Made by a program: the position numbers and the translations under genes
Assembly: GCF_006345805.1 (NCBI RefSeq)
Contig: NC_042997.1
Coordinates: 58,094,001-58,158,000 of the forward strand
DNA: 64,000 bases
Origin: Octopus sinensis
Taxonomy: Eukaryota
Direction: 5' to 3'
Notes under the pieces: generated by a model
What the model saw: the letters and a program-made list of their open reading frames with translations, nothing else
Told to the model about the DNA's origin: nothing
The model's database searches: none
Part shown: positions 51,594 to 64,000 of the stretch, one piece after another
Position numbering within the stretch: the first letter of the stretch is position 1
Layout: each line of letters opens with the position of its first letter

Positions 51594-52786
51594 GGGGTCA
51601 TTTACTTATTTGATTTAATGACTTTGGCTAGCAAACTTGCCATTCACAAACAGTGCTAGATTCTAATAGTTGGTCTGTTCTGATCTAGATTCTAAATTTC
51701 TCACGACAGCATGCCTTTTTTGGTGCGAGGTAACAAGTATCTTATTATGCACTTTGATACTTTATAAAATTTCTAGATCTTTATCCATTACTATGCTGCT
51801 GGTAGAAATATCTGTTAATTATGTATGTACCTTCTTTTTATAGTAAACTGTTATGTAGTGAAAATCTTGTTACTTACTATGGTGGTAATAGTCTATCTAT
51901 TTCTACCTTTTACCCACATGCATACACACTCTCTCTCTCCTCTTAATGTATTTCTCTCTCAACAACAATAACTTGTTTTTTCTTGAAACAAATTTTACTT
52001 TTATCTTTCACACACACACACACACACATACACACTCTCTCTCTCTCTCTCTCTCTCCCTTTCTCACTGAATTTCTCTCTCAACAACAACCTCTTGTTAT
52101 AGTGAAAGTCTTTTTTTAGCTGTGTTGCATTGGTTTGAAAGACTTGCGTTTTAGATTACCATGTTTTTAATCAAAACTTGTTAGTTACTATGATGTCAAC
52201 ACTATTTATCGATCTATCTATCTATCTATCTATCTTTCCCACACTCATACTCTCTATCTCTCACATTCAACAACAAATTTTTCCTTAACTTTTTCTAAAA
52301 ATACATTGTGCATATTTTGATTCCTCCCCTTCTTTCCATCCCTCTAATAGATGTTGTGATGGACAGACAGATGGAGGTCTGCTTCTCTTTTATAACATAA
52401 GATTAATATCATATAAGAGTGAAATTGAGCTGGTTGCATACTGACTAAAGGTCAATAGTTTGTATTCTGTCATCAGTACTGCCATGTATCAACAGTGAAA
52501 CTTAACTCGCAAAAGTTCAATTCAGTAGTTATAAACTAGTACCATGAGTAAGCATAATTCATAATCATAAAATGATAGGTCTGTATAATTGACATGGGCT
52601 TTGTTCATTTGCACAAATTGTTTCAAGAAAGAGACAGATTCCAACAGGTTTAGCTCACACCAAAACTCTTGTGTGATATTAACAATTATATTAGATAACA
52701 AGTTATTTAATAATAGAAAACTTAAAACACAGCCCAGCCATTATCTAAAAAGAAAAAATAACAAGATAGAAAGAAAAATGACATAC

Positions 52787-52954
52787 GTTGAGTAGTCTCA
52801 GAAATACCGGACCACTTTTGAATTACAGAGCTAGATGCTGTGCATGGTAATTCTTGATATATTGCTAAATTTGACCATTTTACTATTCCATCTACGCTTC
52901 GTTTTGGATATATATTCAATAAGTGAGGAGAGTTATCTGATTCAAGATTCAAGC
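52787..52954 (-). CDS. Putative internal exon (168 nt, phase 1-1) of an unidentified gene
   Basis: attgtttattttcag| GLNLESDNSPHLLNIYPKRSVDGIVKWSNLAIYQELPCTASSSVIQKWSGISETTQ |gtatgt; one open frame, non-repetitive. Confidence 0.5.
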
Positions 52955-53457
52955 CTGAAAATAAACAATCTGGTGTATTAGAAATGATTTTGGATCAGTT
53001 AGACACTCACACAACAAAACACATAAACACACACACACACACACACAGAGGCATATGCAAACATGCACATCCATACATATATACATATAATTGCAAAGAT
53101 TTTGATCTGATATTATGTGATAAAAAGCTTTGATACTCATAAATAAATAATTAGAGAATAGAGAAATGATTAATAATTAGTGCAAGTGTCTAATTAGTGA
53201 AAATAATGATATTTCCAAAACACTACAATAAACAAGAGATACTAGTTGTCTAGAAGATTGTTTGACATCTTTGTACAAAATGTTCTTAAATCAAAGGTGT
53301 AACTGTAGGCAAGAAGCTCACTTCCCAATTAGGTGGTCTTGGATTCAGTTCCACTGTGCAGCATCTTGGGCAAGTGTCTTCTACTAAAGTGCTGGCTGAA
53401 CAAATAAATAAAGCCTTGTGAGTGTATTTGGTGGATGGAAACTGAATGAAGCCTACC

Positions 53458-53495
<38 letters not shown>

Positions 53496-53504
53496 TATAT
53501 ATAT

Positions 53505-53715
53505 ATCATCATCATCATCGATTAACGTCCGTTTTCCATGCTGGCATGGGTTGGACGGTTTGACTGAGGTCTGGAGAGCCAGCGGCTGCACCAGGCTCCA
53601 ATCTGATCTGGCAAAGTTTCTATAGCTGGATGCCCTTCCTAATTCCAACCACTCCAAGAGTGTAGTGGGTGTTTTTTATGTGCCACCAGCACAGGAGCCA
53701 GTCAGAAATGCACTT
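53505..53715 (-). mobile_element. RTE 3' tail inserted after a SINE head (53300-53500)
   Basis: (cat)n-cgattaacgtccgttttccatgctggcatggg... Confidence 0.85.
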
Positions 53716-53719
53716 GCTA

Positions 53720-54665
53720 AGTTCCCCCGAGTGAGCAATACTGGCAGCGGGGCTACCACTGCGGATTTTTATGGCAGGTTGGCAGAGCACATGTCCGACG
53801 ACATCCTGGGAGAGACTCTAGGCTTTGATAGGGACCAGCTTGTCAACCTGTTTGGAAGAACATTTGGGCCAAGGTATCTGGATAACTTCCAGAAATCCCT
53901 GGCCTGGTTGTGCTACCTATTGGTCTTGCCAGTTTGAGAGAGGTTGTCAAGGCATGGTGTTGGTGCCCCACCCACATGCTCGAGGTGCAGGCATGTCAGT
54001 GAAACTGTCATGCACATCTTCGTACATTGTGAGGAACTGAGGGATTGATAACCTATGTTGAACAACTGGTGTCAGAAACAGAAAGAGTATGGTTATCGAT
54101 TGAGTCTATCATCAAGATTGTATCGCCTTCCTCCTGTAACAAGGAAAAGGAGGCATCATTTTTTTGCGTAGTAGCCGTATTGAATGAGATAGTATGGGTG
54201 GCACGTAGAAGAGGAATTGAGACAGGCAACTTTATTTCCGGACACGGGTTGGTTAGTTTTTTTAACTACCACCTGTCCAGGAAGATCAGTCTGGAGAAGA
54301 GATGCCTGTCTCAAAGAATGTTTGAGAAAAGATGGACAAATGTCATAAGGAAGTTGAGAGTGAATAGGGCCTCACTAGTGTAGCCGGTCTGAACGGAAAA
54401 GAAGGAAAAAAAATGGAAGGAAAAGAGAAACGAAAAATTAATTATAAAAAGGAAAAAAGAAAAAACTAGCAGGTTGAGCACAAATCCGGAAAAAACTATA
54501 TATTATTATTTAATTTTTAATTCATTTTAATTCATTGATTCACCATTTCGATTTCATTATACTTGATGTTTACCCTGACTAACTAATGTATAACCCCAGT
54601 CCCTAAATGCTTTTGTTTTGTTCTTGTGCTGTACCCTCTATGTTAACCATGTATTGGCAATAAAG
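53720..54665 (+). mobile_element. Tx1/L1-clade LINE 3' fragment
   Basis: DNFQKSLAW..LPV*ERL..TCSRC..SETVMHIFVHC (zf-RVT), C-terminus, 3'UTR ending caataaaga. Confidence 0.8.
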
Positions 54666-55132
54666 AAATTAGTGAACAGAGACAACTGGAGTTGGCCACT
54701 TGAGACAAACAGCCAGAGGGAGAAAGAAACTTACAATCAGCAATTATGAGACACAACTTCCCTTGACTCTCTAACTTTCACTAGCTCACTTTCTTTCCTC
54801 TATAACATTACCTTATCTCTATCTGTGGCTTACCACTACACAACGATGACAACATAAACTATACAAGGAAAATCTACAATATCTATCTTTACTTTGCATG
54901 CTTTACGAATTTATCATACTAGCCCGTTGTGGTTTTGGCTATATACAAAGTAACGGTAAATAAATGTTTGTTTACAACTTTGGTCACTGTTCTTCTTTCA
55001 TCTTGCACATCTGCAACATCAACACCTGTTACAAATTGCTAACAACCAACAGCCAACAATTATCATCACAATTACCGTTATAACTAGTGACCTCTGACTT
55101 CACCTAACAATACTGTTACAACATACACGTAT

Positions 55133-55193
<61 letters not shown>

Positions 55194-55814
55194 TACATAC
55201 ATACATATAATGGCACTTAAGCCACTGGTTTGCCACTTCTTTATGTTGGTGTGGTTTGTGCTTTAAATTTGCAAGCAGTTGTAGAAGTGCTAACCAAACT
55301 GTCTATGGAGTATTTCTCTAAAACAAGCTCAACAAATAAGTAAGTGAAAATCTTCAATAGATTTCCTTTTCCTCCAGTTAAAATATCAGAACAAGGAAGT
55401 ATTTATGGACACTTAATTTCCTTGCTCTTCAAAATTTTTACTAAGCGCATAAGAAATGTGACATTTAGTCTTAAAAGTAAGCAAACAAGAAGTGATGGAT
55501 GAAGTATTGTGATGGTAGTGGCGGAGGTGGTATATACAGACTGCATGAAGAAGACAGAGAAAAAAGAATGAAAAAGAAAAAGAAGGAAAATTTTGTAGAA
55601 CAATGGGTAAATGAAAGAAAATAAAAGAAGTGAAAAAGGAGGAAATGAGAAGACGGATGATAGGAATTAAATAAGATGTGATGAAAATGAAAAATTAAAT
55701 TAAAATGATGACGATGATGATGATGATTATCATGATGATGTTAAAATAGAAAAAAAAATGATAGAAGTAAGAGAAAGGAAAACAGCTGTTATTTCCAAAT
55801 CTATTGTTTACTTT

Positions 55815-55845
<31 letters not shown>

Positions 55846-55908
55846 TATATATATATGTATATGTATATGTATATATATATCTGTATACACACACACACAC
55901 ATATGTAT

Positions 55909-55959
<51 letters not shown>

Positions 55960-56012
55960 TATATATATATACAGATATACATATATTTATATATAATATA
56001 TGTGTATAATTT

Positions 56013-56426
56013 AGAGAAAAACCTCTATTAAACAATTCAATAATGAAAGATGCTATTCACAATTTATAGAAAACATATACTATAAAAACCTTATTCTAAA
56101 AATCAATGAAGTACAAAAACAATAAATAGTAAACAGTAATAAAAAGACTAAGTGCATTTCATGGCTATATTTTCAAATAGATAATAATAATAATAAAATC
56201 AATTCGATACGCCATATTTTCCTGTGATATATTTCTTATAAACGCTAAGTTCTATGTATTAAGTTTAAATTCTTAGTTAATAGAAATCCTTTGATAAGAT
56301 AAATTATGTTTTTATTTTAAGAAATATTGTTAAATGTTTTTCAATTATTTATAGTTAATACATGTATTTTCTATATTTATTTGATAATTAATGTAAGTTA
56401 AGATATGTACATTTATTCTATTATTA

Positions 56427-56460
<34 letters not shown>

Positions 56461-56709
56461 TTAGACCTGATGAGTGACTATATTTTTAAACAGAATTAAT
56501 TTTAGATCGATTTAATTTTAAATCGAAATGATTTTACTATTATCTATTTGAAAATATAGCCATGAAATGCGCGTAGTCTTTTTACTACTATTTACTAGTT
56601 ATTGTTTTTGTACTTCATTGATTTTTAGAATAAGGTTTTTATAGTATATGTTTTCTATATGGTGTGAATGACATCTTTCATTATTGAATTGTTTAATAGA
56701 GGTTCTTCT
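56013..56709. repeat. Large palindrome 1 (arms 56013-56208 and 56522-56709)
   Basis: Arms of about 190 bp are reverse complements with scattered mismatches. Confidence 0.92.
56463..56580 (+). ncRNA. Type I hammerhead ribozyme fold with long stem II
   Basis: agac-CUGAUGA(56467-73)-gtgactatatttttaaa...tttgaaaatatagccat-GAAA(56564-67)-tgcgc-GUA-gtct; stem II pairs at 16 of 17 positions and stem III has a palindromic GCGC loop. Confidence 0.75.
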
Positions 56710-56729
56710 TCAAATTATATACATATGTT

Positions 56730-57390
56730 ATATATATTTTTTAATAATATATTATTATTATTAATATAAGGAAATCAATATCGAATTTTTCACAAAGATA
56801 TACCCATATGAAAGACTTTATGTATTAAAAATATAGATAAATATTAAAAATATAAATATGATGTCTAAAATAAATTTGAAAGTTTAAAAGTTTTGAATTA
56901 AGTTTTTAAGCATCTTACGATCGTTTCACAAAAGGGTTGTCCCTATAATGAAGTTCTATATTGATAAGCACTTATAGACAACCCTTCTGCTCTTCAGAGA
57001 TATAAAATATGAAAATTGTATAATGTATCGAATGATATTTAAAAAAAAAATTTGAATTAAAATTGTAAAATGGTGTTTGCAGAAAGATGTTTGTAAAATA
57101 GTGTTTGTTTGAAATATAAAATAAAAAGTAAAAATTACAACTTTTGATGAGAGTCTTTAAATCCATATATATTTCCTTGGTTATTCTACTGCAATAATCC
57201 ATAATATTCATACTCAAAATCTGTCATATTATCTTGCATTCCAGTATAGTTCATGTAGTTAGTTTAGATATTTATTTATATACATTTTTAATACATAAAG
57301 TCTTTCATATGGGTATATCTTTGTGAAAAATTCGATATTGATTTCCTTATACTAATAATAATAATATATTATTAAAAAATATATGTATAT
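56730..57390. repeat. Large palindrome 2 (arms about 56730-56845 and 57265-57390)
   Basis: ggaaatcaatatcgaatttttcacaaagatatacccatatgaaagactttatgtatt and its reverse complement. Confidence 0.92.
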
Positions 57391-57583
57391 ATCGCTCATA
57401 TTAGATATATAAATACTTTAATAGTATTTATATTATTTTATACAATGGAGTACTTAAAATAAATTCAGTATATAATATTCTTATTGAATATATTTACCTA
57501 ATTATTTATGTACATATGTTATATATTGTGAAATTTGATTTAAAATTGCTAAATTGAATTATTAGTTTTGGAATTATATTCCC

Positions 57584-57640
<57 letters not shown>

Positions 57641-57670
57641 TACACACACAGAGACAGACATATACACATA

Positions 57671-59621
57671 CACTGACTAAAATAAGTTTAAGATTGATGA
57701 TGACAGTTCTATTCCCTCATTAATATATTTTTAACAAAACTGTATAAAATTATTTTACTTTTTACAGTCTATGTAGAATTGTTTTCTCTTTTGAATGATA
57801 CAGGTGTTATATACATTTCTACAATTTGAAGAATTTTAATGCGCAATTAATTCAAATGATTAGAAATTGTTGGCAAAATAAGTTTAAGACCGTACCAAGA
57901 TTATGCAAATTAATAAACCAAATGGGTGGTCATGTAGCTAGTCATACTGTACTCATCATCATCATCATCGTTTAACGTCCGCTTTCCATGCTAGCATGGG
58001 TTGGACGATTCAACTGGGGTCTGGGAAGCCAGAAGGCTGCACCAGGCCCAGTCTGATCTGGCAGTGTTTCTACAGCTGGATGCCCTTCCTAACGCCAACC
58101 ACTCCGTGAGTGTAGTGGGTGCTCTTTACGTGCCAGACAAGGCTGGCAAACGGCCACGATTGGATGGTACTTTTTACGTGCCACTGGCACGGAGGCCAGT
58201 CAGGGTGGCGCTGGCTATGGCCACGTTCGGATGGTTTTCTTACGTGCCACCGGCACTGGTATCACAGCTACAAATTCCATTGATGTTGATCGAATAATCG
58301 AGCATTGTTATAGATTAATTCATTATGGGAAAGTGTCATAATATCAGCTCAATTGTGTTAATTCATCAACAAAATGTGTCCTTAATGAACATTAGCAAGC
58401 ATTTAGGATGCAGCAAAATGGCTTGTGTTCAAGCATGGAAGCTTTACTAAGCCACTTGCCAATACAGAGATCAGCAAATATTGGGCACTCCAAGAAAAAC
58501 AATAGTACAGATGGATTGATGAATTCATAGGCTTTCTGAAGGTAACGAAATGCTAACAGCAGTGCAAGCAATCATCTGATGAAACTGGCATCAGCTTTTC
58601 ACCACAAACTGTCAGAAACCGCCTAAAAGAATCTGGACTGTTTGGCTGGATTGCTTGAAAGAAACCAATAATTTCTGAGACAAATCAGCAGAAGTGGATC
58701 ACATTTGCTAAAAGCCATATTGAATAGAAGGCTGAAAAGACTGGTCAAAAGTTATTTGCAGCAATGAATGCCACTTCTGCATCTTTGGATCAGACAGAAA
58801 GACTTATGTTAGATGCCGTCCAACAGAAGAATTCCATCCTAAGTGTGTCAAGAAAACAGCACTAGTGGGAGTTGGGGTGGGGGTGAAATGGTGTGGACCA
58901 TGCTCAGCATTTTAGGTGTTGGTCCAATTGTTAAGGTTGATGGCAGACTGAACAGTGTAGGCTATCTGCAATTAGTAAATGAAAATGTGCTGCTCTTTTT
59001 AAATAATCAGATGCTACTGGGGTCTATTTTCCAGCAGTACAATTGCCTCGTTCATAAAGGCTAGGGAAGTTTTGCAATAATTTGAGTGCAACAATATGAT
59101 GGTTATTGAGTGGTCTCTGCAGACCCCGGATTTGAATTTAATAGAAAATTTATAGAATTATGTTTCTAAAAGAGTTCATGCTAAAAAAAAACAAAAAAAT
59201 CTGTCCCAATTATATAATTTTATTGAAGAAATATGGCAGAACATTCCAAGTGATTTTTGTGCTCATTTGTCAAACTCCCATCTCCTGCCATTGTAAGGCC
59301 GTAATTGAAATTAATGGCTATGGAACTAGATACTAATAATGAATTTTTGTTTGTTGATCGTTTGTGCTGTAAATTTTCAATTTAAATAAAATAATGTTGG
59401 TATGGTTATAAACTTATTTTGCTGACAATTTTAATCATTTGAATTAATTGCACATTAAAATTATTCAAATTGTAGAAAGATATATAGCACCTATATCAAT
59501 TGAAAGAAAAAAATTCTACATAAAACGTAAAAAGTAAAATAGTTTTACGCAGTTTTGTTAAAAATAAATTAATGAAGGGATAGAACTATCATCATCGGTC
59601 TTCAACTTATTTTGGCCAGTG
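57671..59621 (+). mobile_element. Tc1-family DNA transposon with about 240-bp TIRs and decayed transposase
   Basis: TA-CACTGACTAAAATAAGTT ... AACTTATTTTGGCCAGTG; remnants KKPIIS, WSKV..SNE, GGEMVW..GVGPIVKVDGRLNS..Y, FQQYN..H, TPDLNLIENL. Confidence 0.88.
57953..58290 (-). mobile_element. RTE 3' tail inserted in the Tc1 element
   Basis: Tail plus about three 3'UTR repeat units. Confidence 0.88.
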
Positions 59622-59749
59622 TGTATATATACATATGTATATATACATATGTATACTGGCTCTCCATCTTATATTAAGTGTCAAGCTAATATTTGTCATG
59701 TATACATGCTTTTGACATTAGTTGTTTTGTTATTTTAAATTTATATATG

Positions 59750-59781
<32 letters not shown>

Positions 59782-59824
59782 CATACATATATATATGTAT
59801 ATATATATATATATATTATATATA

Positions 59825-59867
<43 letters not shown>

Positions 59868-59894
59868 ATATATATTATATATATATATATATAT

Positions 59895-59929
<35 letters not shown>

Positions 59930-59939
59930 ATTAACATAA

Positions 59940-60730
59940 CTAAGCACCCTGAGAGAAATGTTGGCCATAAGGAGCATCAGATGTGGTGTGTAAGAGAGAC
60001 GACTGCACTGGTATGGTCATGTGCTGCATATGGATGTGGAGAGCTGTGTGAAGAAGTATCACTCCCTAACAGTAGAAGGAACCCATGGAAAAGGGAAATC
60101 CAGGAAGACATGGGATGAGGTGGTGAAGCATGACCTTCGAATGTTGAGCCACACAGAGGCAATGACAAGAGACTGAGACCTCTGGAGATATGCTGTGATC
60201 GAGAAGACCCAGCAAGTAAAGTGAGATCACAGCTGTAGCCTGTACCAGTGTCGCATAATCAGCCTATTTAAAAAGCATCTTTGAATCGTCAGGTGAAATG
60301 CTGTGCTTGAGGAGACCTATTGAGTCAAGTAAAATCGAAAATCAAAATCACAATCAAAAATGGAAATTGTAGTTGTGGCCAATGCCAGTGCCGCCTGACT
60401 GGCTCTCGTGCTGGTGGCATGCAATAAGTACCATTCATGCGTGGGTTGTTGCCAGTGCCACCTGACTGGTTCCCCATGCTGATGGAACATAAAAAGCACC
60501 ATCTGAACATGGTCGATGTTGGTGTTGCCTGACTGGCTCCTATGCTTGTAGCACATAAAAAGCACCCACTATACTCTTGGAGTGGTTGGTGTTAGGAAGG
60601 GCATCCAGCTGTAGAAACATTGCCAGATCAGATTGGAACCTGGTGCGGCCTCCTGGCTTACCAGTCTCCAGTCAAACCAGCCAACCCATGCCAGCATGGA
60701 AAACTGACGTTAAACAATGATGATGATGAT
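59940..60730 (+). mobile_element. RTE 3' end (C-terminal coding remnant, 3'UTR, tail)
   Basis: Matches the reverse complement of 3182-4030. Confidence 0.88.
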
Positions 60731-62219
60731 GAGAGATGATTTATAGGAGTGCAAATAGATGTATAATATCCAACTGAATAAATATAAAATCAGTGGAAAT
60801 ATTAAGTAGAAAAAAAATAAGAGAAGCAAAACATTATTTTCAACTTAGAATGTAAAATATTTCATATATTTAATTTCCTTTATGGTTTTAGCACTTTTGA
60901 TTTTCATTTTGCTGAATATCGAAAGAATAGGTGAATATTTTAGATAAACAATGAATAAAATTGTAACATGATATTGGAAACAGTGCAAGGCAGAAGCAGA
61001 TGAGATGGAAGGAGTAGGAGAAGAATGTCTGCTAGTTTAGAATGGAAGAAGAAATACATTTCCATGACAGCAGGTTTTACTGAAATGTTCTAAGTACAAT
61101 TTTGATTAGGCGTTTTTCTGACACAGAACCTATGTTTGCATGAAGAAAAGAAAACAAACGAAAACAGAATAATATGGAAATATTGGCAAGGTAAACATTC
61201 TGTAATTGATATTAAAGTAATACAGAGGTGGAAATTGAAGAGAAAATCACCCAAGGGCAATTTTTTTAATCAAAGGAAAGTATATTTACCTGTATTTCTA
61301 TTTTATTTTGTTACAAGTTTATCACTTATCAGATTATCAGATCCTGCTAAATTGATGAGCCTGTTGAGTTTAGTATGGATAAAATTCAGTTTGAATTGTT
61401 GCATAGTGTTTAAAGAGAAAGTATGGGCTGTGTAAGAGTTTCAGCAGATTACTTAAGTTTTCCAAAAATAAAGATTAAATAAAGCATTTAATATTGAAGT
61501 TGTAGTTAGACCAGAGTCATCATAACTCACTGAAGCAAGTCTAAATGCCTGTGGTATAGAATTGGCAAATTCATAGAAGCAGAAACTGTTGAATTAGTAA
61601 TTAGAGATAGAGAAAACATTGAGTAATAGTGGGCCATTTGTTGCTCCTTCTATTAATTTACTTTTGTTATAATGTACCCTAATCTCATAAATTTATCCTG
61701 CTGTCTTCACTCTTCACTTGATATTTATTTACTTCATTAGTAAATTTTACATTGCAATACGTGAATAACAGTGTACTTAGTAACAGATTTCCAACAGGAA
61801 TATTATGAACCAGTCACTGGCTCGCAACATTCCTGAGTGACATGGAAATGTCTGTAAAACTCACTGAAGAGCAAATATAAGAGTATTCGCTAAAAAACTC
61901 TGGTTTTTCAGTTTTCTTGATGATGTATACACATCTTTTGCCTATATACATTAGGATATATATATATATATATATATCGACCTCGGCGGAATTTGAACTC
62001 GGAACGTAACGACAGCCGAAATATGGCTACGCATTTCGCCCGGCGTGCTAACGTTTCTGCCAGCTCGCCGCCAATATATATATATACACATATGTGTGTG
62101 TGTGTGTGTGTGTGGTGTGTGTGTGTGTGTGTGTGGTGTGTGTGTGTGTGTGTGTGTGTGTTGTGTGTGTGTGTGTGTGAGTGTGTGTGTGTGAGTGTGT
62201 GTATGTGTGTGTGTGTATA

Positions 62220-62256
<37 letters not shown>

Positions 62257-63101
62257 CATCATTATTTAATATCCACTTTGCCATACTTGTATGGATCAGA
62301 TGGAATTTGTTGAGGTAGATTCTCTATAGATGGATGCGTTTCCTGCGGCCAATTCTTGTCTGTTTTGTGTTGCTTGGTTTTGTTTTACTCCAGCCATAAA
62401 AGACCAAGGTTGAACCTTGAGATCATGCACAAATAACTGATAGGTTGCTCCACACACTGGATCCCGTTAAATTGAGCTAACTGGGTCTACTTTGCCACCA
62501 ACTTCAACAGCAACAAAAGTTACTACTACTGCCACCACCACTGCTGCTTCTAAGACAAAAAAATGAAGCTTTCGTTCAGAATTGATGATGACTTGGAAGA
62601 ATGCATATGCTTTGCCAATTGTTTAGGGAGATGATGCAAACATAGATATTCTCTTTGTCTTCCAGTATGTGGAATGCTGGAGGAAGAGAGAAATGTACCA
62701 GCATAGTTGACCTTAGCAGGATTTGAACTCATAACTTAAAGACCAGAAGAAATATTGCAATGCATTTTGTCCAATGTTCTACTGATGCCTAGATGGCTAC
62801 TACTATATCTACGAAAAATATTTGAATGTCATTTCATAACCACCAACATTACCCATAGGTATCTTAGATACATAATACTATACTGGAAAAAATTTCTTCC
62901 AGCTAACGAATCTTTACCACTTCACCATTGATGTCAAAATACCTGAAAATTCCTCAAGCAATTTGATCTTCTCAAGTAATTTGATTCTATTTCTAAAGTG
63001 GCTTTTAACATGTGTGCTTGTAGTTTCAAGAGGTCATGCTTATTTAAGAAATCACATCACCAACATTAGGACCCCTTTTATCATTATCATTAGAAGCAAA
63101 T

Positions 63102-63228
63102 AAGAATGCTATTGTTATCAAATGAACAATATTTTGACATCTTGTGTGTCTTCCACAGGCTTAAAAATAAACTTGTCAATCTACACAACATGTCGAAATA
63201 TTGTTCATTTGATAACAATGGCACTCTT
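63102..63228. repeat. About 45-bp-arm hairpin
   Basis: aagaatgctattgttatcaaatgaacaatattttgacat / atgtcgaaatattgttcatttgataacaatggcactctt. Confidence 0.85.
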
Positions 63229-63264
63229 CTTTATTTTCTTCTATACATTTCTGGAGAAGTAACC

Positions 63265-63660
<396 letters not shown>

Positions 63661-64000
63661 TATTCAGTACTTTTATTTTTATCATGTACTTTCACTTCCC
63701 TACTGAGTATAGCTTTGTGTGCCTTGGGTATATGCTTTGGTTTGTTTTGTTGCTATTTTCACTGTATTGAAAGTGCTTTATGTCGGATGTATGCAGTGCC
63801 TAGTAGTGATATTTTCTGTATGTTATATATATTCGTAAGTTCTGGTCTTTTGTTTATGTATTTGTTTGTCTGTTTTTTAATCATACCTAATACACCTATT
63901 ATTATAGGGATTGTTTCAGCTTTTAGGCTCCAAATCCAGATTACTTCTATTTCCAGATCTTTGTATTTTGAGAGACTCTCTGTTTCTTTTAGAGATACAG

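Noticed and set aside
52545-52744. Next exon after a 42-nt intron
   Set aside because: The in-phase reading stops after HNGWAVF; the longer open frame needs a weak acceptor, so the structure cannot be called.
57140-57230. Hammerhead in the palindrome 2 spacer (tTGATGA-gagt...actc-aAAA..GTC)
   Set aside because: Only 4 bp of stem II, two core changes and no stem I pairing.
60750-62730. Several exon-like segments on both strands (for example 61080-61128 and 61530-61585 minus, 61127-61190 plus)
   Set aside because: Mutually incompatible strands and phases with no recognisable peptide; splice-like signals arise easily in this AT-rich DNA.

Overview
AT-rich animal genomic DNA packed with SINEs, LINEs and microsatellites. 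The repeat repertoire suggests a coleoid cephalopod (Octopus-like); this is inference, not a database result. One gene is clearly recognisable: coding exon 1 of TMEM231 (ciliary transition zone) on the minus strand at 1188-1326, with a near-consensus RFX X-box just upstream. It is under the 60-aa ORF-track cutoff. A few scattered minus-strand candidate exons (52.9 kb to 32.2 kb) may belong to a second, unidentified gene. The rest is mobile DNA: RTE LINEs (two long decayed copies and many 3' tails), BovB-like RTE, Tx1/L1 and HERO (RLE) fragments, a Penelope-type GIY-YIG fragment, tRNA-derived SINEs, Tc1 and mariner relics, piggyBac-type MITEs and non-autonomous Helitrons. The most interesting unexplained structure is a set of type I hammerhead ribozyme folds. 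Two have a complete catalytic core (50002-50095, 56463-56580) and two are decayed. One sits inside a pair of back-to-back 0.7-kb palindromes. Most ORF-track entries are translations of microsatellites. All coordinates were counted by eye, and repeat boundaries are approximate.
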